Positions 16,983-24,845 of a stretch of DNA of 38,381 nucleotides are shown here, one piece after another. The position numbers and the translations under genes are program-made. Origin of the DNA: a virus. Its lineage: Duplodnaviria > Caudoviricetes. The stretch lies in the IMG/VR virus record IMGVR_UViG_3300030330_003971, positions 1 through 38,381 of that record; one strand, written 5' to 3'. Within the stretch, counting starts at the first letter, position 1, and the number at the start of each line of letters is the position of its first letter. Under the pieces are notes generated by a model that saw only the letters and a list, made by a program, of their open reading frames with translations, searched no databases and was not told where the DNA came from.

Positions 16983-17357
16983 ATGAACGACGAAGTATTG
17001 ACCATCAGACTGACTGAGGCCGAGATCAACATGATCATGGATGCTTTGCATATCGTTGCGCAGACTGGTGGTGACACACGCGGCCACGATATTGCTGAGT
17101 TGCGGGATCTTGAACATGATTTAATGGAGCAGGTTGCACGTCATGATGATCCTGATTGGACTATCGACACCGAGCCTACCGAGATCGCGGAAGGCACCGC
17201 ATTTACTGTAACAGAGGATGATTTTATTGATCACGGCATCCGAGCACGGGAAATGGCAAAAAACCAGAAAGCAACAAGCCGCGCGGCAGAGCGACGTGAG
17301 GAACTACTTGCACGCGGAACGGCATCCCCCGTATTCAATGACCCGATTGACTGGTAG
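16983..17357 (+). CDS. Acidic hypothetical protein
   Basis: GGAG SD. Confidence 0.75.
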   Translation: MNDEVLTIRLTEAEINMIMDALHIVAQTGGDTRGHDIAELRDLEHDLMEQVARHDDPDWTIDTEPTEIAEGTAFTVTEDDFIDHGIRAREMAKNQKATSRAAERREELLARGTASPVFNDPIDW

Positions 17358-17363
17358 GTAAAC

Positions 17364-17714
17364 ATGAGAGAATGTATACACTGTCAATATCCGTTTGATC
17401 CAAACTCGTTTGCAAAAAAGCAAGCTGGTGGCAAGATCAATGAGTGCGCCGATTGCGTTGAAGAACTTGGAACCGAAACCGCAGTTAAGTATTTGGGGCT
17501 GCAAGCTGGCGATGGTAAAGCAGCCGGTATCTCAATCGTTGCGTTTGAATCTAACGAAGATCGAACCGAATACTCGAAGGCTTGGAAGGCTGTGACTGGC
17601 TTTCACAAAGGCAAGTCCTGTCATTTGTCAGGTTCAAACACAACTATCGGCAACCGTCCCATGCGGCATGTGGCCTACAATGCAGGCAACTCAAATCACA
17701 AAGGTAAGGCTTGA
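17364..17714 (+). CDS. CxxC..CxxC zinc-ribbon protein
   Basis: CIHC..CADC. Confidence 0.75.
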   Translation: MRECIHCQYPFDPNSFAKKQAGGKINECADCVEELGTETAVKYLGLQAGDGKAAGISIVAFESNEDRTEYSKAWKAVTGFHKGKSCHLSGSNTTIGNRPMRHVAYNAGNSNHKGKA

Positions 17715-17765
17715 CATTTCCCTGACATTTGAAGCATTGACTTCCACACTCGCGGGTGTTATATT
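17711..17765 (+). promoter_or_regulatory. Early promoter module 10
   Basis: TTGACA 17711, CTGACA 17722, TTGACT 17737, 17 bp, TATATT 17760. Confidence 0.9.
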
Positions 17766-17786
17766 ATATATATGGAAGGGAGAGAT

Positions 17787-17969
17787 ATGTTAGAAGTTGG
17801 AAACATTGTAAAAAGCAAATATATCATGGAAGGCCATCGCGCTCGCATTGGTCTTGTGATGAAAGTGCTACGCGACGGCTCTGAGATTGCACAAGTATAT
17901 TGGCCACACAATAGAACATTCGGCTTTGTCAAGTGCAAAGATATGGAGGTTGTAAGTGAAGGTGGGTGA
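17787..17969 (+). CDS. KOW/SH3-like small protein
   Basis: MLEVGNIV..IGLV..QVYW..MEVVSEGG. Confidence 0.75.
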   Translation: MLEVGNIVKSKYIMEGHRARIGLVMKVLRDGSEIAQVYWPHNRTFGFVKCKDMEVVSEGG

Positions 17970-18138
17970 TCTGGTAAGGGTGGAAACAAAGCATGCTGGC
18001 GGCAAGGTTGGCGTAGTTGTCAAGCCGTGGGGTCAGCACCTTGGCAATAATGCATGGGTCGTTGCACTGCGCGATCACACATGCGCTCGAACAATCGCGT
18101 CCGAATGTGATATGGAGGTAATCAATGAAAGTCGGTGA
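17956..18138 (+). CDS. KOW/SH3-like small protein
   Basis: MKVGDLVRV..VGVVV..MEVINESR. Confidence 0.8.
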   Translation: MKVGDLVRVETKHAGGKVGVVVKPWGQHLGNNAWVVALRDHTCARTIASECDMEVINESR

Positions 18139-18304
18139 TTTAGTGAAAGGTGTACCAGCCGCATCGCCTGAGTACAGAGATTGCATCGGTATCGTTGTTG
18201 GATTATCCGACAGCCGAGGGAGAATAATAGTTAAATGGAACGATATGCAAAGGCCGTACCCCGAGCCTCGTCATTACTTAGAGGTGATCAATGAAAGTCG
18301 GTGA
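18125..18304 (+). CDS. KOW/SH3-like small protein (59 aa, not in the ORF track)
   Basis: MKVGDLVKG..IGIVV..IVKW..YLEVINESR. Confidence 0.8.
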   Translation: MKVGDLVKGVPAASPEYRDCIGIVVGLSDSRGRIIVKWNDMQRPYPEPRHYLEVINESR

Positions 18305-18497
18305 TCTGGTGACATATTACTTTCAACTTCCACGATGGCGTAAAGGTCTATCTGTCCACGTCGGCCTGATTGTCGAGACTGGTAAATATACTGGCAACCG
18401 CGATGTTAAAGTTTTGTGGAATGATAAAACAGAACCAGAAACCGAAGGCAGTCAGCACCTTGCGCTCGTTGATAACATTTGCTTGACATCTTCTTGA
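18291..18497 (+). CDS. KOW/SH3-like small protein
   Basis: MKVGDLVT..VGLIV..VKVLW. Confidence 0.8.
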   Translation: MKVGDLVTYYFQLPRWRKGLSVHVGLIVETGKYTGNRDVKVLWNDKTEPETEGSQHLALVDNICLTSS

Positions 18498-18537
18498 CAA
18501 AGATCCCCTTGCGAACCCCTCTCACCTATGCTATATT
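18483..18537 (+). promoter_or_regulatory. Early promoter module 11
   Basis: TTGACA 18483/18494, TTGCGA 18509, 17 bp, TATATT 18532. Confidence 0.9.
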
Positions 18538-18561
18538 ATAAGAGTAATAAGGAGAAAATAC

Positions 18562-19440
18562 ATGTCATACAATGGAACCGTCCGATGCGGGTACTGCTAC
18601 CAAACTGGTCACAACTCACGCACTTGCCCAGTCAAGAATCAGCGCCTTCGTAAGCGTTATCTGGCTGCTAAAGAAAACCTTGCACTGTGCGAAGCTAACG
18701 GCGATGACAATGGTGCTGCTGGTTATCGTACACAGATGGAATCTTACGCACGCCAATATACCAAGCGCACGCGCTGTAACCCTGACACGGGTGCGTCCAT
18801 TGTCTTGACAAAAGAACAGAAGGCAGAGGCAAAAGCCAAGCGCATGAAAACTATTACATGTTCATACTGTAATGAATACGGCCACACTCGTCGGACGTGT
18901 TCTATCCTCAAAGAAGATCGGCGGGTGTTTATCAAGGCCGCTCAGATGGTCAGGGCTCAACGCCTTGAGGAAATGCGTAATGTGGGTGCTGGCATCGGTT
19001 CTATGGTTATTATGACGCGCTATGGATACTGGGGCGAGAACCAATCATGGGGAGCACGCGAGCGCCCTATGATGCTAACCAGCTTCAACTGGCAAGTGGT
19101 CGCACCTAACCATCGAAACGGCGATTCCGTGTATAGCTTTCAAGACGCAGCTACGTTGAACGAAGGCCCTCACCCACGCGATCACTACGCGGTGACGACT
19201 GAATGCACACAAAGCGTCAACGGTATGGTACACAAAGGCGAAATCACCCTCGCAGGCAAGATCGAACCTCCCGCTGGATGGCTTGAAGCTGACGATCTAA
19301 ACTTCAATCAATACTATCCATCAGGCAAAGCCCGCGAATGGGATTTTCGCGATGCCGAAAATGTTACAAAGTTCAATCAAGAATCAAGCTATTACGGTAC
19401 AAACCATTTCATTGAAGCCCGAAGAAGTTTGGACCTTTGA
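18562..19440 (+). CDS. Protein with two CCHC zinc knuckles
   Basis: CGYCYQTGHNSRTC and CSYCNEYGHTRRTC (CX2CX4HX4C). Confidence 0.85.
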   Translation: MSYNGTVRCGYCYQTGHNSRTCPVKNQRLRKRYLAAKENLALCEANGDDNGAAGYRTQMESYARQYTKRTRCNPDTGASIVLTKEQKAEAKAKRMKTITCSYCNEYGHTRRTCSILKEDRRVFIKAAQMVRAQRLEEMRNVGAGIGSMVIMTRYGYWGENQSWGARERPMMLTSFNWQVVAPNHRNGDSVYSFQDAATLNEGPHPRDHYAVTTECTQSVNGMVHKGEITLAGKIEPPAGWLEADDLNFNQYYPSGKAREWDFRDAENVTKFNQESSYYGTNHFIEARRSLDL

Positions 19441-19491
19441 CATTTCCCTGACAGGATCGCCCTTGCAATCTCTGTCATCCCATGGTATATT
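19437..19491 (+). promoter_or_regulatory. Early promoter module 12
   Basis: TTGACA 19437, CTGACA 19448, TTGCAA 19463, 17 bp, TATATT 19486. Confidence 0.9.
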
Positions 19492-19516
19492 ATATAAGTA
19501 ATCAGGAGAGCACTAC

Positions 19517-19999
19517 ATGAAAGTTCGCAACGCAATCAAGAAAGTCAAATCACACTTCAAGAAACAAGGCATTGACATTGAGGTCACAAACATTAGGGGC
19601 CGGTGGTCATTCCAACATGACGGCTACGTTGGTTCGTTCTTGGCTAATGGTGTACTTGACGATGATCCCAATGTGCTCGATGCCGAGGCGTGCAACTTCC
19701 ATGTTCGCGGTGTCAACGATCACACTGATCTTCATACCGATTACTTTGCAGGCTCGTTCCGTGACAACATTACACAGGTCTGCGAAAGCCTGTTGCCATC
19801 GCCACCTAAATATCCTGTTGGCTCACTGGTGCGAGGTAAGCAGAACAAACGTGCGACCCGTCAGGGCTATGCTGGCCGCGTCGGTCTTGTGATGGAAGCC
19901 AACGCTGGTGACTATGCTCGCATTGCTTGGACTGGCGAGACTCAACCACGTTGGGGCTGGCCGACCTATCCGACCCGCGACCTTGAGCCAGCGACTTGA
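19517..19999 (+). CDS. Two-domain protein with C-terminal KOW/SH3-like domain
   Basis: PKYPVGSLVRG..VGLVM..ARIAW..DLEPA. Confidence 0.75.
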   Translation: MKVRNAIKKVKSHFKKQGIDIEVTNIRGRWSFQHDGYVGSFLANGVLDDDPNVLDAEACNFHVRGVNDHTDLHTDYFAGSFRDNITQVCESLLPSPPKYPVGSLVRGKQNKRATRQGYAGRVGLVMEANAGDYARIAWTGETQPRWGWPTYPTRDLEPAT

Positions 20000-20062
20000 C
20001 AAATCCCTTGACATTCTCTTGACAATAAAAACCTTGACCTTTACGCTCTATGATGCTATATT
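19996..20062 (+). promoter_or_regulatory. Early promoter module 13 (three upstream boxes)
   Basis: TTGACA 19996/20008/20019, TTGACC 20034, 17 bp, TATATT 20057. Confidence 0.9.
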
Positions 20063-20112
20063 TATAGAGTAAGGAAAACAAATCATCAACCTCTCTCACG
20101 GAGAAACACATC

Positions 20113-21195
20113 ATGGCTATCGACTTCGCAACATTCACAACCGTCGCCCCTCACATCCTCGACAACAAGCTGCCCGTGCTTCTGCGCGGTCGTCACGGTG
20201 TCGGTAAATCTGAGGTGGTCTATCAGATCGCCGCTGCCCGTGACCTTCCAGTGGTCGAGCGTCGTGCCAGCCAGATGACCGAAGGTGATCTTCTCGGTCT
20301 GCCTGACACGGCAGACACCGAGATCAATGGCCGCAAGGCTACCACGTGGAACGCCCCTGACTGGCTTGTGACCGCGTGTGAGCAACCTGTGATGCTGTTC
20401 CTCGATGAAGTGGACCGTGCGACTGTGGAAGTCCGTCAGGGCCTTTTCGAGTTGACCGATAGCCGCAAGCTGAACGGCTGGCGCTTGCATGCTGACACCC
20501 TGATCGTTGCCGCTGTCAACGGTGGCGAGCACGGTGCTCAATACCAAGTTGGCGAAATGGACCCTGCTGAGTTGGACCGTTGGACCGTGTTCGATGTGGA
20601 GCCTTCCGATGAGGATTGGTTGAAGTGGGCAACCGACCGCACCGATGGTATTCTGTGGGATTTCATCAACCAGAACCGCATGCACCTTGAGCATCGTGGT
20701 GACTTCGAGCCTAACAAGGTTTACCCGTCACGCCGTAGCTGGAAGCGGTTCAACGATACCGCAGTTTCCACTGGTGTTTTCGGTGAGGAAGGCGACCGTG
20801 ACCTTCTGTTCAACCTCGCGACTGCGTTCGTCGGGTTCGAGGCCGCCGTTGCTCTCCGTGACTTCGTTGAAAAGTACGAGTGGCAAGTGACGATCGCTGA
20901 CATTCTTGACAATGGCGAGATCGACAAGACCGCTCAGTGGGGCATCAATGACCACGCTGCTATGATTGAGAAGTTCGAGGCATCTGACGTGTTCTCTGAG
21001 ACTCTGACCGAGACGCAGGTGACTAACCTCGCCAACTACTTCGTAACCCTGCCTTCCGAGGTAGCCATGAAGCTGTGGACCGTTCTCGGTGACACCGACA
21101 ACATTGACAATGTTGTGGCACTCCACAAGGCCGAGGCGTCCGATGGTCGCCGTGTCTCTGACCACCTTGTTGAGATCCTTGGCGGTAACTCTTGA
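20113..21195 (+). CDS. MoxR-like AAA+ ATPase
   Basis: Walker A GRHGVGKS, Walker B LFLDE, sensor-1 AAVN, DPAELDRW, PSRRSW. Confidence 0.9.
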   Translation: MAIDFATFTTVAPHILDNKLPVLLRGRHGVGKSEVVYQIAAARDLPVVERRASQMTEGDLLGLPDTADTEINGRKATTWNAPDWLVTACEQPVMLFLDEVDRATVEVRQGLFELTDSRKLNGWRLHADTLIVAAVNGGEHGAQYQVGEMDPAELDRWTVFDVEPSDEDWLKWATDRTDGILWDFINQNRMHLEHRGDFEPNKVYPSRRSWKRFNDTAVSTGVFGEEGDRDLLFNLATAFVGFEAAVALRDFVEKYEWQVTIADILDNGEIDKTAQWGINDHAAMIEKFEASDVFSETLTETQVTNLANYFVTLPSEVAMKLWTVLGDTDNIDNVVALHKAEASDGRRVSDHLVEILGGNS

Positions 21196-21395
21196 AATAC
21201 AAGGTAGGCGACCTATTAATCAGGGAGTACGATAAGTGCCCCTGTGTGGTCGTTGAGGTGGCCGAGAGCACCAAAAAGGAGTGGGGAACCCTTGATGCCA
21301 ACAGACGCCAGTACAGGCTATTTGATGGCCATTCTGCTGCACAGTGGTATGCCGACACGGTTCTCCATGCTGCCTTTCGTGTTCCCATTCCTTGA
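21192..21395 (+). CDS. KOW/SH3-like small protein
   Basis: MKYKVGDLLI..VVVEV. Confidence 0.7.
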   Translation: MKYKVGDLLIREYDKCPCVVVEVAESTKKEWGTLDANRRQYRLFDGHSAAQWYADTVLHAAFRVPIP

Positions 21396-21446
21396 CATTC
21401 TCTTGACATTTGAACCCTTGCTTTTTCCCTCATCCCGTGCTATATT
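21392..21446 (+). promoter_or_regulatory. Early promoter module 14
   Basis: TTGACA 21392/21403, TTGCTT 21418, 17 bp, TATATT 21441. Confidence 0.9.
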
Positions 21447-21469
21447 ATATATATAGAAAGGAGAGTTAC

Positions 21470-22723
21470 ATGTCCGACGATACCAAACCAGCCCCGTTCA
21501 ATCTCAACATGCACACCGCTCGCTTGCTCATGCGCGAGCCGTTCTTTGCCGCTCTGTCTCGTCGCATTGACAAGACAGCGAGCACCGCAGTTCCGACCGC
21601 TGGCGTCCGTGTCAACCCTGACACCGCTCAGTTTGAGCTGCTTTACAACCCTGAGTTCATGGGTGCCCTCAAGCCTGAGCACCAGCTTGGTGTTCTCATG
21701 CACGAGTTCTATCACATTATCTTCGAGCATGTGACTGGCCGCAAGCCTGCCGATGGTCTCAAGCGTATCGACAACATTGCGATGGACCTCGCTATCAACG
21801 GCCTGCCCGAGATGGCTGGCAAGCTGCCGTGTGAAGCCGATCCTGGCCCTATCATGGCCGATGGCACTGGTATGAAAGGCGTGTTTCCCGGCGAAGGCCC
21901 GTTTGCTCACTTGCCTGCTAACAAGACCTATGAATGGTATCTTGAAGCACTCAAGGATATGGCCGAGAACCAAGAAAGCAGCGGCGACGGCCAAGGTGAG
22001 CCAGGTCAAGGCGATGGCGATCCCTTCGGTGGCATGGATTCACTTGACAGTCACGATCAGTTCGGTGATGGCGATAGCACCACTCAAGAGATTGCTAAAG
22101 AGCGATTGAAGGAAGCTGTAAAGCAAGCTGCCGAGGAAGCTGAGAAGGCGCGTAACTGGGGCTCTGTTTCGTCTGGTATGCGTCAAGATATTATGGACCG
22201 CGTTGCAACTAAGGTTGACTGGCGCAAGGTGCTCCGTTACTTTGTCAAGACTTCACAACGCGCTGACAAGCGTTCAACCCCTCGACGCCTGAACAAGCGG
22301 TTCCCAAAGATCCACCCTGGCAAGCGCGTTCGCCGTCAAGCCAAGATCGCTATCTCCATCGACCAGTCTGGATCGGTTGATGATGGTATGCTTGCCGCGT
22401 TCTTCTCCGAGTTGAACAAGCTGGCCGAGATTGCTGAGTTCACGGTGATCCCGTTTGATACCGAGGTGGCCGAGGACAAAGTATATACTTGGAAGAAAGG
22501 CCAAACCAAGAAAACCGAGCGCGTGTTGACTGGCGGTACATGCTTCAACGCTCCTACCAAGTTCGTCAACGATGGCGGCTTTGATGGTCACATCGTCTTG
22601 ACTGACTTGTGCGCTCCGAAGCCTATCGCGAGCAAGTGTCAACGTATGTGGATGACCACTAAGCAATACGCTGCTCGCCCCTACTTCCAAACCAATGAAC
22701 GTGTTATCGCAATCGACTGCTAA
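21470..22723 (+). CDS. HExxH metallopeptidase-vWA protein (DUF2201-like), MoxR partner
   Basis: HEFYH, NIAMDLAIN, acidic Gly linker, MIDAS DQSGS, GGT, LTD; AAGGAG SD before ATG 21470. Confidence 0.9.
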   Translation: MSDDTKPAPFNLNMHTARLLMREPFFAALSRRIDKTASTAVPTAGVRVNPDTAQFELLYNPEFMGALKPEHQLGVLMHEFYHIIFEHVTGRKPADGLKRIDNIAMDLAINGLPEMAGKLPCEADPGPIMADGTGMKGVFPGEGPFAHLPANKTYEWYLEALKDMAENQESSGDGQGEPGQGDGDPFGGMDSLDSHDQFGDGDSTTQEIAKERLKEAVKQAAEEAEKARNWGSVSSGMRQDIMDRVATKVDWRKVLRYFVKTSQRADKRSTPRRLNKRFPKIHPGKRVRRQAKIAISIDQSGSVDDGMLAAFFSELNKLAEIAEFTVIPFDTEVAEDKVYTWKKGQTKKTERVLTGGTCFNAPTKFVNDGGFDGHIVLTDLCAPKPIASKCQRMWMTTKQYAARPYFQTNERVIAIDC

Positions 22724-22735
22724 GGAGCCGAGATC

Positions 22736-23038
22736 ATGAAGTATTATATCAGTAAAACAGATGTGGAGATTAACGAGGCTGGAAGGCTCTCAGGCAGCGA
22801 GCGCGTGTTGACTAAGCCTGACACCCTGAGAGCGACCAAGGAGAGCTTCAGACGCCTTACAGCCATCGGCATTGATAACCTGCACATCTGTAAGCACCCT
22901 GCTAACTCAAGAAGGTGGGGCAAGCTGCAACGAGCCCAGAACAAACTGCGTAAAACCCGCAAAATGACCCTTGCTGACGTTGCTAAAGACCTTGCGGAGT
23001 TGGATGCGGAGAGCAAAGAGAAAGAAAGCAACTCTTAA
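22736..23038 (+). CDS. Basic hypothetical protein
   Basis: AAGGAG SD. Confidence 0.75.
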   Translation: MKYYISKTDVEINEAGRLSGSERVLTKPDTLRATKESFRRLTAIGIDNLHICKHPANSRRWGKLQRAQNKLRKTRKMTLADVAKDLAELDAESKEKESNS

Positions 23039-23089
23039 CATTCCCTTGACAACTTAATCATTGACCTTTTCACTCCCCTATGCTATATT
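23035..23089 (+). promoter_or_regulatory. Early promoter module 15
   Basis: TTAACA 23035, TTGACA 23046, TTGACC 23061, 17 bp, TATATT 23084. Confidence 0.9.
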
Positions 23090-23118
23090 TATAGAGTAAT
23101 CAGCAAGGAGTATTGCAC

Positions 23119-23952
23119 ATGGCTCGACCGCGCCCAACCTATCGCACCCGCCTTGAAGTTCTGATCAACAATCCCGCTATTTCAGCGCGTGATAAGGATT
23201 TTGCTCAGTCCCTTCTTTCATACTATGAGCGCAAAGGTCGTTTGTCTGCCGGTCGCGTCAAGTGGGTCGCTACTCTGGAGGATCGCTATTCCCCTGAGAA
23301 GCTGTTAGCTGCTACCAAGAAACACAAGACGTTCCTTATGCGCTTGGATGCCCTTAGCATGCGTTGTGAGCCTTCAAGCTGGGCCGCTGGCTATGTTGAG
23401 AGCCTGACCAGTCAAGTCAAGGGTGATCGCCGTCTGTCAGAGCGCCAGCTTCAGATTCTACGCAAGATTGAAGCAGAACATGATGATGCTGCACTGGCCG
23501 AGCGTCAAAAGTGGATTGAGAGTTATACAAATAATCCTGATCTCCGCGCTGATGCTATCGTGGTTGCAAACTATTATATGAGCACGGGTTACTTCAAGGA
23601 TACAGCCCGTGAGATTATTGGTAACGATACTTTTATTCCAACTTATTCACAATACAATAAGATGGTTAAAAACAAGTATGCACAAAAGGTGCTCGCTTCA
23701 CACCACGCGCCTGCTAAATACGAAGCTGGACAGTTGGTAACATTCCGTGCCAACGCTCCAACTAACTCGCGCTATCTCGATGGCGGCATCCTCAAGCGTA
23801 ACGTGACAATGATGGTTATCGAAGCTGATGCTGCGCCTATCACGTCTGCCGCTCGCGGTGCTAAGGTTTACAAGCTGCTGCCCGTTGGCAAGGCATCCAC
23901 GCTTGAAGTTGAGGAACGCTATATTATGAAGGCCCGCCCTAAGAAGAAATAG
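23119..23952 (+). CDS. Protein with two helical repeats and a C-terminal KOW/SH3-like domain
   Basis: FAQSL..RLSAGR / YVESL..RLSERQ repeats; AKYEAGQLVTF..VEERYI. Confidence 0.8.
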   Translation: MARPRPTYRTRLEVLINNPAISARDKDFAQSLLSYYERKGRLSAGRVKWVATLEDRYSPEKLLAATKKHKTFLMRLDALSMRCEPSSWAAGYVESLTSQVKGDRRLSERQLQILRKIEAEHDDAALAERQKWIESYTNNPDLRADAIVVANYYMSTGYFKDTAREIIGNDTFIPTYSQYNKMVKNKYAQKVLASHHAPAKYEAGQLVTFRANAPTNSRYLDGGILKRNVTMMVIEADAAPITSAARGAKVYKLLPVGKASTLEVEERYIMKARPKKK

Positions 23953-23981
23953 GGTCGAGACTACAACAAAAGAATATACTT

Positions 23982-24065
23982 ATGCAAATGTTTATTATTG
24001 GTTTCTTATCTGGTACAACCGTATCAGTTATTATTTTAGATTATCTTATTCGTAATAGGAGATAA
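23982..24065 (+). CDS. Small hydrophobic peptide (27 aa)
   Basis: MQMFIIGFLSGTTVSVIILDYLIRNRR. Confidence 0.4.
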   Translation: MQMFIIGFLSGTTVSVIILDYLIRNRR

Positions 24066-24068
24066 AGC

Positions 24069-24188
24069 ATGTCAAAGCTGTATAATGACTTCAAGCAATA
24101 TCAGTTTTCTTCGTGGGAACGTATTATTATAAAGTTTGAACTTATTACCTTTCCTATCGTGTGTATTATAGAAGTGTATTACTGTTAG
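24069..24188 (+). CDS. Small peptide (39 aa)
   Basis: AGGAG SD; hydrophobic C-terminus. Confidence 0.45.
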   Translation: MSKLYNDFKQYQFSSWERIIIKFELITFPIVCIIEVYYC

Positions 24189-24190
24189 AG

Positions 24191-24240
24191 TTGTGCATTG
24201 TTGTGGTGCAAAGTGGATTATAGTGGAGTATGGTGGTGGA
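24191..24240. repeat. Five 10-bp-phased GTG(G) units
   Basis: GTG at 24193, 24203, 24213, 24223, 24233. Confidence 0.6.
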
Positions 24241-24358
24241 TGATGAGTTAGTATTTGTATGATTAACTGTTTATGTGTTTATAAATGTGATGGAATGCGG
24301 TGGTATTTATCTTGAGACTTTATACCTATACACTCTGTCACTGTCAAGCACATATTTA

Positions 24359-24418
24359 TTGACATTCTTTTGACATTTCGTTTTATTGCTTGACACATGC
24401 GACATAATGTGTTAGAAT
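24359..24418 (+). promoter_or_regulatory. Variant promoter module
   Basis: TTGACA 24359/24370, TTGACA 24390, 17 bp, TAGAAT 24413, then GGAGG-ATG. Confidence 0.65.
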
Positions 24419-24653
24419 AATGGAGGTACAATGTACACTTTCAAAGACAAAGTAATCGACGCTGTGACTGGCGCTGCGCTGTTCGGTGGATTCTTGTGGC
24501 TGTATGCCGTCGCATCACGCGCAGACCTGGCGATTGTCGGCTTTTAACGCCGCATATGCTGTCGCATATTGTCGCATTGTCGCGAGAATACATAAATAAA
24601 AAGGCTAACAATATCAACAACTTAGTTAGTGTTTGCCTTAATGGGAGAGGATT

Positions 24654-24845
24654 ATGCGACAAAGACTGACGCGCTTGAAACGTTTAATGCGCGATAAATG
24701 TCCGAGAACATATAAAATAATACATAAAACAAATGAAATGATAGGTTGGACGCCTATTATTCTGATGGTATATGTTCAGGTGTTAGGGTTAAGCTATGCG
24801 TACTATAAGAGTGAGTGCAAGCGTAGTGATAGTATTGACAGGTAA
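24654..24845 (+). CDS. Small membrane protein
   Basis: GAGG SD; one TM segment. Confidence 0.5.
   Translation: MRQRLTRLKRLMRDKCPRTYKIIHKTNEMIGWTPIILMVYVQVLGLSYAYYKSECKRSDSIDR

Noticed and set aside
12205-18497. True integron or diversity-generating retroelement behind the paralog array
   Set aside because: No integrase, attC-like palindromes, reverse transcriptase or TR/VR pair differing at adenines in the window
21410-21469. N-terminal extension of the vWA gene (also the 14474 and 17772 starts)
   Set aside because: They start inside the promoter or upstream of the SD; the SD supports ATGs at 21470, 14489 and 17787
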